Shown piece after piece: positions 9,277 to 18,547 of a stretch of DNA of 63,881 bases; the stretch's first letter is position 1, and each line of letters begins with the position of its first letter. The notes beneath the pieces are model-generated. The model saw nothing but the letters and a program-made list of their open reading frames with translations. It was not told the origin of the DNA and searched no databases. The stretch covers positions 1 to 63,881 of the IMG/VR virus record IMGVR_UViG_3300017963_000283; one strand, 5' to 3'. Source of the DNA: a virus (Duplodnaviria > Caudoviricetes). A program made the translations under genes and the position numbers.

Positions 9277-10611
9277 ATGGCTAAAACAGCTTGGCAGGAT
9301 CTTTACGACAAACGTGAAGAACTGCTGGCCGAGGCGGATGCTTTGATTGACAAGGCTGCCGACGAAAAGCGTGGTTTTACGGACGAGGAACAAGAAGCCT
9401 ATGACGCAAAACTGGCTGAAGCGGAAAGACTTGCCGACACGGCGGATCGCCTCAAAGAAAAGGCCAAGCGTGCAGCTGCTGCGGAGAAGGATGTTGTGCC
9501 GAATCACGAGCCACCTGGTGAGACCAGGATCGAGGTTGGTGAGGACAGGCGCACGCTGGAACCGTGGGCGAAAGGATCTCGCGGCTTGGGCGACTTTATG
9601 GTTGCTGTGGCTCGTACAGAGCGCAATCATAACGTCTCCGATCCCAGAGTCCACCGGGCCATCCAGGGGGCTTCTGAAAAGAATCCCAGTGATGGTGGTT
9701 TTCTGGTGGATCAGGATGTGGCCGCGGGTATCCTTCAGTTGATGCATGAGACTGGTCAGGTTGCTCGACGCTGCCGGCGTGTGCCGGTGAGTACGAGCGC
9801 AAACAGTGTTAAATTCCGGGCCGTAAACGAGACCTCGCGTGCTGCCGGTTCGCGTTTTGGTGGAGTGTCGGTTGAATGGCTGGATGAGGGCGCGACTATT
9901 TCTAAGTCGAAGCCTACTTTCCGTACCATTGAATTGCACCTGCACAAATGCGCCGGACTGCTTTATGCGACTGATGAACTGTTGGCCGACGCTGCCGCTT
10001 TTGGCAGCTTTGCCGAGGAAGCCTTTGCTTCTGAGTTGGCATTTGAGTTAGACGACAGGATCATCAACGGAACCGGTGCCGGTCAACCACTTGGTGTCCT
10101 GCAGGCAACCAATGTCCGTGTCCAGGTCAACAAGGAATCGGGGCAGGCTGCGACTACGTTCAAGTTTGAGAACGCAGTCAAGATGTATGCTCGCCTGTAT
10201 TCTCGCGGCTTGGGTAGTGCGGCATGGTTTGTCAACCAGGATGTTTTCCCGCAGTTGTACACGATGTCACTTGCTGTTGGTACTGGTGGGGCCCCTGTTT
10301 ATCTGCCCGGTGGCAGTGCTGCAGGTTCGCCTTATGCCAGTCTGATGGGGCTTCCCGTCATTCCGATTGAGCAGGCTAAGACACTGGGTACGGCTGGTGA
10401 TGTGATCCTTGCCGATTTCAGCCAGTATTTGCTGGCCGAGAAGGGCGGCGTGCAGGCGGATATGTCTATGCACGTTGAGTTTACGTCTGCGCAGACCGTA
10501 TTCCGGGTGATTATCCGAGTGGATGGTCAGCCCTGGTGGAGTTCTGCATTGACACCGGCACAGGGAACAAACACGGTTAGTCCGTTTGTCATCGTCCAGG
10601 GACGGAGTTAA
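9277..10611 (+). CDS. Major capsid protein, HK97 fold with N-terminal coiled-coil delta domain
   Basis: DGGFLV, IINGTGAGQPLG, LMGLPV, VILADFSQY; strong TAAGGAG RBS. Confidence 0.96.
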   Translation: MAKTAWQDLYDKREELLAEADALIDKAADEKRGFTDEEQEAYDAKLAEAERLADTADRLKEKAKRAAAAEKDVVPNHEPPGETRIEVGEDRRTLEPWAKGSRGLGDFMVAVARTERNHNVSDPRVHRAIQGASEKNPSDGGFLVDQDVAAGILQLMHETGQVARRCRRVPVSTSANSVKFRAVNETSRAAGSRFGGVSVEWLDEGATISKSKPTFRTIELHLHKCAGLLYATDELLADAAAFGSFAEEAFASELAFELDDRIINGTGAGQPLGVLQATNVRVQVNKESGQAATTFKFENAVKMYARLYSRGLGSAAWFVNQDVFPQLYTMSLAVGTGGAPVYLPGGSAAGSPYASLMGLPVIPIEQAKTLGTAGDVILADFSQYLLAEKGGVQADMSMHVEFTSAQTVFRVIIRVDGQPWWSSALTPAQGTNTVSPFVIVQGRS

Positions 10612-10623
10612 GGAGGTAATAAC

Positions 10624-11082
10624 ATGAGTTCAAAAGGCTTTGTTGTAGCTGAAGAAGGACATGTTGTTAGCGTCTATCCTCCGGCTTCCGGGGTTGGCAA
10701 TGGCGACGTGTTCTCGATGCGTCATTATAATCACGCATCCATCATCATCACACAGGGAGTTGCCGCATCTGCGACAACGATCACGGTAGAAAGGGGTGAC
10801 GATTTCTCACCATCCAATTCTACTGCAATTACGTTTAGGTACTACCAGGAGGCAACTTCTGGTGGGGATACCTTGGGGGCTAGGGGCAGCGGTACGAGTC
10901 TGTCCATGACTTCTGGGTCCAAACAAATTGCAGTTATCGAGATCGATGCAGATCAGCTGACAAGTTCTGCTTCTACGCTGTATGTCAAAAACAGTGGTGG
11001 GACAAAGAATAACTACAGCTGCGTGGCAATTCTGTCTGGTGCACGTTTTGGTGCGCCGGAGAGCGCAACTGAGATTGCGTAA
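10624..11082 (+). CDS. Putative capsid decoration/cement protein
   Basis: Directly follows the capsid gene; AAGGAGG RBS; S/T-rich beta sequence. Confidence 0.55.
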   Translation: MSSKGFVVAEEGHVVSVYPPASGVGNGDVFSMRHYNHASIIITQGVAASATTITVERGDDFSPSNSTAITFRYYQEATSGGDTLGARGSGTSLSMTSGSKQIAVIEIDADQLTSSASTLYVKNSGGTKNNYSCVAILSGARFGAPESATEIA

Positions 11083-11148
11083 CTGACGCGGAACCACCGC
11101 GCTTAAACGGGAGCGGGGCAACTCGCTCCCGTATGGAGGAAAAAGTAA

Positions 11149-11622
11149 ATGCCAGTAACCAATGTTAAATCAACTTGGAACAATGGAAACCTGATTTTCG
11201 AGGATGCGAGTGGGAATGATATATTTTCCCTGTTTGCATCCGGCAAGATCGCAGTCAGCGGGACAGCCATGTCCACAACCATCACGGAACTGAATCAGAT
11301 TGCCGCGATGGGTTACATTGCATCGGCTGAGACGGCACAGAAAACGACACATATCGCAGCACCACATGCCGGGACACTGGCCAAGGTGTATATCACCAAT
11401 CACATGGCCATGTCTGCAAACGGTTCAGCAACGATTGTTGTTTATTCGTCTGCTACTAGTGCTGGTAGTGTCAGTTTGTCCGGGGCCGCATCCGGGACTG
11501 TTTCCACTATTACGCCGACCAGCAAGACGGTTGGCGCCGGTGGGGTGGTCAAGGCGGTTGTGTCTGCCAGTACGCAGACTAAGACATTTCCCGTGACCGT
11601 GACTGCAATTATCACGAGGTAA
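11149..11622 (+). CDS. Hypothetical Ser/Thr-rich virion protein
   Basis: GGAGG RBS; within the head gene cluster. Confidence 0.55.
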   Translation: MPVTNVKSTWNNGNLIFEDASGNDIFSLFASGKIAVSGTAMSTTITELNQIAAMGYIASAETAQKTTHIAAPHAGTLAKVYITNHMAMSANGSATIVVYSSATSAGSVSLSGAASGTVSTITPTSKTVGAGGVVKAVVSASTQTKTFPVTVTAIITR

Positions 11623-11624
11623 TT

Positions 11625-11834
11625 ATGAAGGTGCGCATGAGGTGTGACCACCGTGAGCTTCGCTGCGGTGAAATTTATGATTTGCCCGATGTGCGGGCTT
11701 TGGCACTGGTAGAGCATGATCTGGCTTCCAAGCAGGAAGATGAGAGCAAGCCGGAGACGGCTACCAGGGAACAGCCGAGCACGGCAACGAAGGCACCACA
11801 ACGGCGAAGGAGAAAGAAACGTGAAGCGGATTGA
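11625..11834 (+). CDS. Small head-associated hypothetical protein
   Basis: GAGG RBS; PETA motif and basic tail typical of small genes after capsid genes. Confidence 0.55.
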   Translation: MKVRMRCDHRELRCGEIYDLPDVRALALVEHDLASKQEDESKPETATREQPSTATKAPQRRRRKKREAD

Positions 11835-12132
11835 ATTGACTCATACTGTGAGCCGAGATCGTGCATTTAGTTTCCGAGCCGGTGAAGTTGTAACGGTGGA
11901 AAATACCATCGCGGATTATCTGATTTCCAGAGAAGTTGCAAAACTGATCGAAGTTATCCCGGACAAAGTAGAAGAGCCACCGGAGCCTGTTGAGACGGCT
12001 GCACCGGAAACCCCAGCCGAGGTAATCGGCATAGACATATTAAAGCCGGATAGCAAGCCTCGCAGACGGGCCAGGAAGCGGAGTAAAAATGCTGACGACA
12101 GCGAATTACAAGCAGATAACGACGCCGAATGA
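11821..12132 (+). CDS. Small head-associated hypothetical protein (GTG start)
   Basis: AAGGAG upstream of GTG 11821; similar architecture to the previous gene (ETA motif, basic tail). Confidence 0.55.
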   Translation: MKRIELTHTVSRDRAFSFRAGEVVTVENTIADYLISREVAKLIEVIPDKVEEPPEPVETAAPETPAEVIGIDILKPDSKPRRRARKRSKNADDSELQADNDAE

Positions 12133-12697
12133 AGAGCCGCTGACGGCTGAAGAAGCCAAGACACAGGCGCGGATTGACTTGTCGGATGACGACAACTATG
12201 TTGATTCGCTGATTCAGATTGCACGGGATCATGTAGAGCGCGTCACCAACTTTCGGCTGATTACTCAGACGTGGGACTTCTACTTTGATGACTTCCCGGA
12301 TGATGACGACGACCACATCAGGATTCCACTGGCACCGCTTCAGTCTGTGACTTACATCAAGTACGTGGACACGAACGGCACCACACAGACCTGGGATTCA
12401 GATGACTATGTGGTCCAGACCGGGTATGAGCCGGGGCGGATTGTTCTGGCTTATAACGAGGACTGGCCGACACCTCGGGATCAGTTCGAGACGGTGACGG
12501 TTCGTGCGGTGCTCGGCTTTGGTGATGACGGGGCGGATGTGCCGAGTTATATCAAGCACGCAATTCTATTGTACGTTGCTGCCTGGTATGACTACCGGGC
12601 GCTGGTACTGGATCAGAGTCGCGGCAATGTTCAGGTGCTGCCGCGGGTGGTTGCAGCCGAGGCTCTACTTGGCGCAGAACGGATCAGAGCGGTATGA
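12089..12697 (+). CDS. Head-tail connector (gp6-like)
   Basis: EPLTAEEAK..RID, ARDHVE..T...LITQTW, VP.YIKHAILLYVAAWY.YR. Confidence 0.92.
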   Translation: MLTTANYKQITTPNEEPLTAEEAKTQARIDLSDDDNYVDSLIQIARDHVERVTNFRLITQTWDFYFDDFPDDDDDHIRIPLAPLQSVTYIKYVDTNGTTQTWDSDDYVVQTGYEPGRIVLAYNEDWPTPRDQFETVTVRAVLGFGDDGADVPSYIKHAILLYVAAWYDYRALVLDQSRGNVQVLPRVVAAEALLGAERIRAV

Positions 12698-13014
12698 GGC
12701 CGGGGCGATTAGACCGTAGGATTTCTTTTCAAAAGAAGACGGTCACACAAAACAGCTTTGGTGAGTTGGACGAAACCTGGGCCAACTATGCGACGGTCTG
12801 GGCCGAGCGGGTGCAGCTGCGTGGCCGTGAGTATTGGCAAGCCAAGCAGGTTGCGGCTGAACTGACAACGCGCTACCGAATACGATATAGAGATGATCTG
12901 GACCCGACTATGAGACTTATGGACGGGTCCAAAACTTATGACATTCTGTCCATCATTGAGATGGGCGGAAGGGACCACTGGCTTGAGGTATTGGCCGAGG
13001 CCAGGGCTGAGTAA
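12694..13014 (+). CDS. Head closure / head-tail adaptor (SPP1 gp16-like)
   Basis: GRLDRRISFQ, TVWAE...GREYW.A, RIRYR. Confidence 0.92.
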   Translation: MRPGRLDRRISFQKKTVTQNSFGELDETWANYATVWAERVQLRGREYWQAKQVAAELTTRYRIRYRDDLDPTMRLMDGSKTYDILSIIEMGGRDHWLEVLAEARAE

Positions 13015-13029
13015 ACAGGAGAAAAACAA

Positions 13030-13389
13030 ATGGCTAGAGTTAGCTTGACACCAGATTCGATTCTGGGGCCGTATCCTTCAAGCCCGTCTGCCGGACAGTT
13101 CGATGTGACACTGACGGCAGTGGATGAGGTAAGCGGCAACGAGTTTGCATTGAGCGGAAAAGAAGTGCTCGTGTTCTACAACAGCGGTGCTACTGATGCC
13201 GGAATTACACTGACATCTGTAGCTGATGAACAGAACCGGACCGGCGATTTGACGGCAACGCTGGGCGCCAATGAAATGGCTGCTTTCCATGTCGGTGCGC
13301 TGGAAGGGTGGCGGCAGACCACAGGTGCTTTTTACTTTACCGGGTCCATCAGTGGCTTGAAAGTGGCTGTGCTGCGCTTGACTTACTAA
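13030..13389 (+). CDS. Hypothetical structural protein in the neck region
   Basis: AGGAG RBS; beta-rich 119 aa between neck genes. Confidence 0.55.
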   Translation: MARVSLTPDSILGPYPSSPSAGQFDVTLTAVDEVSGNEFALSGKEVLVFYNSGATDAGITLTSVADEQNRTGDLTATLGANEMAAFHVGALEGWRQTTGAFYFTGSISGLKVAVLRLTY

Positions 13390-13390
13390 G

Positions 13391-13840
13391 ATGGCCAGGC
13401 GCGATGATGTCATTGTCATAGACGGTTTTGAGGATGCTGCGCGTATCCTCGAGAAGCTGGGCGATGATGTGCGCAAAAGGGCTTATCGTAAGCCTTTACA
13501 ATTAGCCGGGGAGCCTCTCAAGCAGGATATAGAAGAGCGGGCATACAAGGCGCCGGGCGGTCCTACTTATCCACAAAAGGGCCACTTTGCCGATCATATC
13601 AAGATCAGTACCAGTATCCGCAAGGGTGGTGATTTGCTGGTCAAGGCTGGTGTGGAAAAAGGATATGCCTGGGCCAACTTTGTTGAGTATGGACCACCAC
13701 GAGAGAAAAGCAATATGCCCAGACCGTTTATGCGTCCGGCCTACGAAAGTTCCAAGGTTCGAGAAGAGACCAGACGGGTATTCGGTGAGGCTCTGTGGGA
13801 CGAGATTGAGAAGGAGTTGATGAAACTTGGCATACGTTGA
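13391..13840 (+). CDS. HK97 gp10-like tail completion protein
   Basis: FVEYG...PRPFMRPAYE motif. Confidence 0.88.
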   Translation: MARRDDVIVIDGFEDAARILEKLGDDVRKRAYRKPLQLAGEPLKQDIEERAYKAPGGPTYPQKGHFADHIKISTSIRKGGDLLVKAGVEKGYAWANFVEYGPPREKSNMPRPFMRPAYESSKVREETRRVFGEALWDEIEKELMKLGIR

Positions 13841-14252
13841 GCAAGCACTGGTAGCCAGGCTTGAGGCGGTTACGGGTGTATCATCGGCTGTTTATGATTC
13901 CAGCTTCTCTGGATACAGGATCTATCCGTACAAGCTGCCGCAGAATCCTACGCTGGATGCAATCACTTATCACCTGATCTATGGTGAATCGTTCGAGAGT
14001 CACCAGGGCTCCAGCGGTCTTCGCTTCCCGCGCTTTCAGATCGACTGCTGGAGCGCCAACTATGATACGGCCAAGTTTCTGGCAGAACAGGTCAGGCTGG
14101 CGCTGCAGGGATATACCGGGACATCCGCCGGCGTGACTGTCACGGCAATTCTGAAAGACTCGGATAACCCGGACTTTTACGACGATGACATCAACATTTG
14201 GCGTGTCAGTGCGGATTATTCCGTACACCACGAGGAGGAAAAGCCAAGTTAA
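13827..14252 (+). CDS. Tail terminator (DUF3168-like)
   Basis: RIYP..LPQ.P...AITY, RFQIDCW, LAEQVR.AL; TTG start. Confidence 0.85.
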   Translation: MAYVEQALVARLEAVTGVSSAVYDSSFSGYRIYPYKLPQNPTLDAITYHLIYGESFESHQGSSGLRFPRFQIDCWSANYDTAKFLAEQVRLALQGYTGTSAGVTVTAILKDSDNPDFYDDDINIWRVSADYSVHHEEEKPS

Positions 14253-14288
14253 AGTCTAGCTGTTTTTTTGTTTCTAATAGAACCGTTG

Positions 14289-14313
14289 AGCCGCTCTTAT
14301 GGGCGGCTTTTTT
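14289..14313 (+). terminator. Terminator-like hairpin before the tail tube gene
   Basis: AGCCGCTC-TTAT-GGGCGGCT followed by a T-run. Confidence 0.6.
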
Positions 14314-14337
14314 ATTGTCAAAACCAGGAGAAATTAA

Positions 14338-14778
14338 ATGTCCACATCAAATGCACTGGATGCCTATGGCACCCTATTAAAAATCGGTGATGGTGGAGGC
14401 ACTGAGACATTTACGGCCATCGCCGAGTGCACCAACATATCCGGGCCGAATCTGAGTCTTGATCTGGTAGAGGTCACTCACCACGAGTCCACCGGCGCTT
14501 TCAAAGAGCGCATCGGGACTTTGCTGGACGGTGGCACGATCAGTCTGGATCTCAGCTTTATTCCGACTGCGGCAACTCACAGAGATGCATCGGGCGGATT
14601 GCTTGACGATATGCTGAACAAAACCAAGCGCAACTTCCAGCTGCAGTTTCCCGATTCCGGGTCTACTACCTGGAGCTTTGCGGCGTATGTTAATGCGTTT
14701 AATGTGACAGCGCCGGTGGAAGGGAAACTGGGTGCTTCTGTCACAATTACCATAACCGGTGTACCGACACTTGCTTAA
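14338..14778 (+). CDS. Major tail tube protein (lambda gpV / TP901-like)
   Basis: GTLLKIGDG, ISGP.LS.D..EVT, G.L.DGGTISL, ASVTITITGVP. Confidence 0.9.
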   Translation: MSTSNALDAYGTLLKIGDGGGTETFTAIAECTNISGPNLSLDLVEVTHHESTGAFKERIGTLLDGGTISLDLSFIPTAATHRDASGGLLDDMLNKTKRNFQLQFPDSGSTTWSFAAYVNAFNVTAPVEGKLGASVTITITGVPTLA

Positions 14779-14781
14779 TTT

Positions 14782-15180
14782 ATGGACAAGAAAAAGTTAA
14801 CACTTTCCGACTTAGCCAAGCATTGCAGAATCGAGCCGGTGGAATTGCCGGAGCTTGACGGCATCGTTTATGTGCGCAGCTTTACAGCTGCCAAGCGGTT
14901 ACGCCTTATTGAAGAGCACTTCGACATGAAGGGCGGGCAGACGGTCCCAAAAGAGGACAAGAGCTTTCAGTTGCAGTTTGCAGTCGTCCGAGCCTCGCTT
15001 TGTGACGAGGACGGGCGGCTGATTGCCGACAACGACGATGCCCAGGATGCTCTTGAGCAGATGAGCGCACAGACGCTGGACCGCATCTGTGAGGCGGCAA
15101 TGGAGCTGAATGGTCTGCGCGACCAGGAAGCCGTTGCAAAAAACTTGCCGAGCCAGGGCGACAGTTCGCCTTCAAGCTAG
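14782..15180 (+). CDS. Tail assembly chaperone (gpG-like)
   Basis: Between tail tube and tape measure; SLCDEDGRL motif; slippery site near the 3' end. Confidence 0.85.
   Translation: MDKKKLTLSDLAKHCRIEPVELPELDGIVYVRSFTAAKRLRLIEEHFDMKGGQTVPKEDKSFQLQFAVVRASLCDEDGRLIADNDDAQDALEQMSAQTLDRICEAAMELNGLRDQEAVAKNLPSQGDSSPSS
15138..15144 (+). other. Programmed -1 ribosomal frameshift site A AAA AAC
   Basis: GCA AAA AAC in frame; the -1 frame reads KKLAEPGRQFAFKLALALHLPVEELLERMSSREF into ORF 15222-15503. Confidence 0.85.
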
Positions 15181-15503
15181 CCCTGGCACTGCATCTGCCG
15201 GTCGAGGAACTGCTTGAGCGCATGTCATCCAGGGAATTTGCCGAGTGGCAGGCTTACTACGAGATGGAGTCTTTTGGGCCGCTAGTCCAAGAGGTCCAAC
15301 TAGCCAAATTATCCTATCTGTTCGCACAGGCGTGGTTTGCCAATAAGGAGAAGAACGTGCGCTTTGATCCACGAGACTTCCTGGTCACGCCCAGCCTCAC
15401 CCAAGTCAGGCCCAGGAAGCAGACCTGGCAGCAGCAGCTTGAGATTGTCAAGATGATTGCTAAAGCAACAAACACCAAGATAACCAGCGGAGAAGTCAAC
15501 TAA
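15138..15503 (+). CDS. gpGT-like frameshift extension of the tail chaperone
   Basis: Open -1 frame from the slippery site to 15503; MSSREFAEWQAY motif. Confidence 0.8.
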   Translation, partial: KKLAEPGRQFAFKLALALHLPVEELLERMSSREFAEWQAYYEMESFGPLVQEVQLAKLSYLFAQAWFANKEKNVRFDPRDFLVTPSLTQVRPRKQTWQQQLEIVKMIAKATNTKITSGEVN

Positions 15504-18500
15504 TGGCAGCTGTAGGAACACTGTATGTCGGGCTGCAGGCCAAGGTTGCGCAGTTCGGCAAGGACATGGATGCGGCTGCACGTAAGGTGCGCAAGGTCGG
15601 CTTCCAGCTGCAGGACGTGGGCCGGGGGCTGACGGCGGGGCTAACTTTGCCGATCGTTGGGATTGGTGCGGCTGCAATCAAAATGTCCACCGATTTTAAC
15701 GAGTCCATGGCCAATGTTGCCACACTAATACCAGGCAATACGGAGCGGGTCAATGAGTTAAAGGATGCAGTTCAGGATGCTGCCATTGCTACTGGTACAA
15801 GTACCACAACCATGTCCGAGGGCTTGTATCAGTTAATATCCGCCTTTGGCGATTCGGCTGAAACGGCTGATTTGTTAACTTTGGCCGCAACTTCTGCAAA
15901 GGCTGGGTTAGCCACAGTTCCGGATGCTATCAACCTTTTATCCGCAACAACAAAGGCGTATGGCGACACATCTCTAGAAGCGCAACAAAAAGTCAGCGAT
16001 TTGGCTTTCACCACTGTCAAGTTGGGACAGACCACATTTCCTGAATTAGCCGCTTCAATGGGTCGCGTCATTCCAAATGCTGTAACACTCGGAGTTGCTC
16101 AAGAGGAGCTTTTTGCCACCTTTGCAACATTAACCGGTGTCACCGGAAATGCATCTGAGGTATCAACGCAATTTTCGGCAGTTCTCAAGGCGATGATAAA
16201 GCCGACCAAGGAGATGGGGATAGCTATTGAAGATCTTGGAATGGGTAATGCTGAAGCTATTATTCAGACCTTGGGTTTTCGTGGTGCGCTTGAGGCCCTG
16301 GTAGCTCAAACTGATGGTTCACAGGAATCTGTTGCTGCACTATTTGGGCGAGCAGAAGCATTAAATGCGGTTTTTTCTTTGCTTGGGCCACAGTCCGAAA
16401 CCTTTACCGAAAAGCTGGGTGCCATGGGTACTGCTGCAGGAGCTACCGGTATTGCATTTAAGGAGCAGACCGAAGGTGTTAATGCTGCTGGATTTGCATG
16501 GGAGCAAGTAAAGGTGCAGGTGTCGGTATTGGCACAACGTCTTGGTGATGCTCTCGGTCCAGCCCTTTTGAATATTGTTGAGAACTATATTAAACCATTG
16601 ATTGCTTATTTAGGATCCTGGGTTGATTGGTTCACTACTCTGGATTCCAGTATACAGACGTTCATCATTGCAGTTGCTGGTGTTGCCGCTGCGCTGGGTC
16701 CGGTTTTGGTGGCTATCGGTTTTATGCTAACTAACTTGGCTGCTCTGGGTCCGGCTTTAGCTTCTATTGGTGGGATGTTGATTGGTCCAGGGAGTCTTGG
16801 CGCTGCCATAGCCACTGTAATTACTTTCTTGAGCGGTCCAGCCGGTATTATTGTTGCGGTTGGTGCTGTAGTTGCTGCTATCGGTATTTGGTTTAGTCAA
16901 ACTGAACAGGGGTCAACGATTCTGTCGAGTCTTTGGGAGATTGTAAAACTTCTGGGTGAGATTTTCTGGAACCTTGCTACCGTTATCGGAACCACTGTCT
17001 ACAATGCTATTGCCGATTTCGTCAATACTGTTTGGCAAAACGTCAAACCGGCTTTTGATTTCATCTACGATATTATCGCCAACTGGGTTAGCGTTGCGCT
17101 TGAGGCTCTGATAGAGCATCTTCAGACAGCACGGGACAATCTAGAAACGGTTGGGAAGTGGCTTGGTTTAGTTGGTGATGATGCTGATGACATGGTTAAG
17201 GAACAGGATAAAGTTACCAAGGCCGTTGAAGATACATCCAAGGCAATTACCAAGCCAAGCACCGGCTTTATCCCAGCATTAGAGAAAACTTCCTTTGCAT
17301 CTTCTGGAATGACTCAAGAACTAAGAGATGCAAAAGAAGAGGTTGATAAACTTGCCAAAAAGTTTGAACTATCTCGCCGTCCAGTTATCTTGCTAAAAGA
17401 TAAGATGCTGGATTATAGGGATGTTCTGAAAAACGAGATAAAAAAATATACCGAAGAGGCCAAGGATTCTACCGATAAGCTCAAGAAATCACTTGAATCT
17501 CTTGGTGATCCAGCTGTGTTGACTGGTATTAAAGCAGCAGCTAACGAAGATCCTTGGCTTAACTTAAACAGTGTTATAGGGGCAACATCCGTCCAACTAA
17601 TTGGGCCAGACGGTAAGGGTGGCGTGGCTGGAGATTTTGGCAAAACTGGTGAAGCGGTCAAAACACTGGGCGCTACCATGAGCGAGCAGGTGTCCACGGT
17701 AGCCACCAACTTTGCCCAGAGCATCGGCGACATCATCTTTGACTGGGGCGGCGCCTGGGATACGCTGAAGAGTATTGCCGAGGCAGGGGCCAAGGCGATT
17801 ATCAGCAGTTTAATTGAGACTCTGGTCACACCGTTTATTAACAAGATAACCGGGGCTCTTAGCGGAGCACTGGGTAGCATATTTGGTGGCAGTGGTGGCG
17901 TGGCCGGCACAGTTGGCGGCGTTGCGGGTGGTGGCGGTGGCTTAGGCGGCATTTTTCAAGGCGGTGCCGGTGCTGCGGGTGGCATTCTTGGCTCACTTGG
18001 ATCTATTGGTTCTATTGCTGCCGGCATTGGTGCGATTGCCGGATTTTTTAGCGATGAAGGCGAGGACAGGGACGAGATAGAACGTAATACCAGATATACG
18101 TCTATTGCACTTATCGGGCCGTTAGGTGTGATAGATCGTCTCATTCAGATCATAGACCAGAACTGGCTTTTCCACGATGCGTTGACTGGTGATGGAAGCG
18201 TCCTTGACCACCTAGGCAACATCCGTTGGTTTCTGTTGCCGGACATCAAAAAGATTCTGATGGGTGGTAATGAGTTGGTTACAGAAGCAGCCGGTACTCC
18301 CGGTGGCGCCACGAGCATCCAGAAGCTAATTGACTTTGAAGAGATGAGTCAAGGTGCCAGAACCTTCCGGGATGTAATGGTCGGCGGCATCATGGACATG
18401 ATAAACGCAGCCGAGCGTTTCCGCTACGAGTCCCAGCGTATGTCCTCTCGGGATTATGTGCAGAATGTGGTTATCCCTGAAATTAACCGGGCTGTCGTGA

Positions 18501-18547
18501 CTCGGCAAAGAACACTGAACACAGGCGGGAGAACAACTAGCAGATAA
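15503..18547 (+). CDS. Tape measure protein (TP901 family)
   Basis: 1014 aa; TAGLTLPIVGIGAAAIKM, TVKLGQTTFPELA; W/F periodic helical region. Confidence 0.95.
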   Translation: MAAVGTLYVGLQAKVAQFGKDMDAAARKVRKVGFQLQDVGRGLTAGLTLPIVGIGAAAIKMSTDFNESMANVATLIPGNTERVNELKDAVQDAAIATGTSTTTMSEGLYQLISAFGDSAETADLLTLAATSAKAGLATVPDAINLLSATTKAYGDTSLEAQQKVSDLAFTTVKLGQTTFPELAASMGRVIPNAVTLGVAQEELFATFATLTGVTGNASEVSTQFSAVLKAMIKPTKEMGIAIEDLGMGNAEAIIQTLGFRGALEALVAQTDGSQESVAALFGRAEALNAVFSLLGPQSETFTEKLGAMGTAAGATGIAFKEQTEGVNAAGFAWEQVKVQVSVLAQRLGDALGPALLNIVENYIKPLIAYLGSWVDWFTTLDSSIQTFIIAVAGVAAALGPVLVAIGFMLTNLAALGPALASIGGMLIGPGSLGAAIATVITFLSGPAGIIVAVGAVVAAIGIWFSQTEQGSTILSSLWEIVKLLGEIFWNLATVIGTTVYNAIADFVNTVWQNVKPAFDFIYDIIANWVSVALEALIEHLQTARDNLETVGKWLGLVGDDADDMVKEQDKVTKAVEDTSKAITKPSTGFIPALEKTSFASSGMTQELRDAKEEVDKLAKKFELSRRPVILLKDKMLDYRDVLKNEIKKYTEEAKDSTDKLKKSLESLGDPAVLTGIKAAANEDPWLNLNSVIGATSVQLIGPDGKGGVAGDFGKTGEAVKTLGATMSEQVSTVATNFAQSIGDIIFDWGGAWDTLKSIAEAGAKAIISSLIETLVTPFINKITGALSGALGSIFGGSGGVAGTVGGVAGGGGGLGGIFQGGAGAAGGILGSLGSIGSIAAGIGAIAGFFSDEGEDRDEIERNTRYTSIALIGPLGVIDRLIQIIDQNWLFHDALTGDGSVLDHLGNIRWFLLPDIKKILMGGNELVTEAAGTPGGATSIQKLIDFEEMSQGARTFRDVMVGGIMDMINAAERFRYESQRMSSRDYVQNVVIPEINRAVVTRQRTLNTGGRTTSR

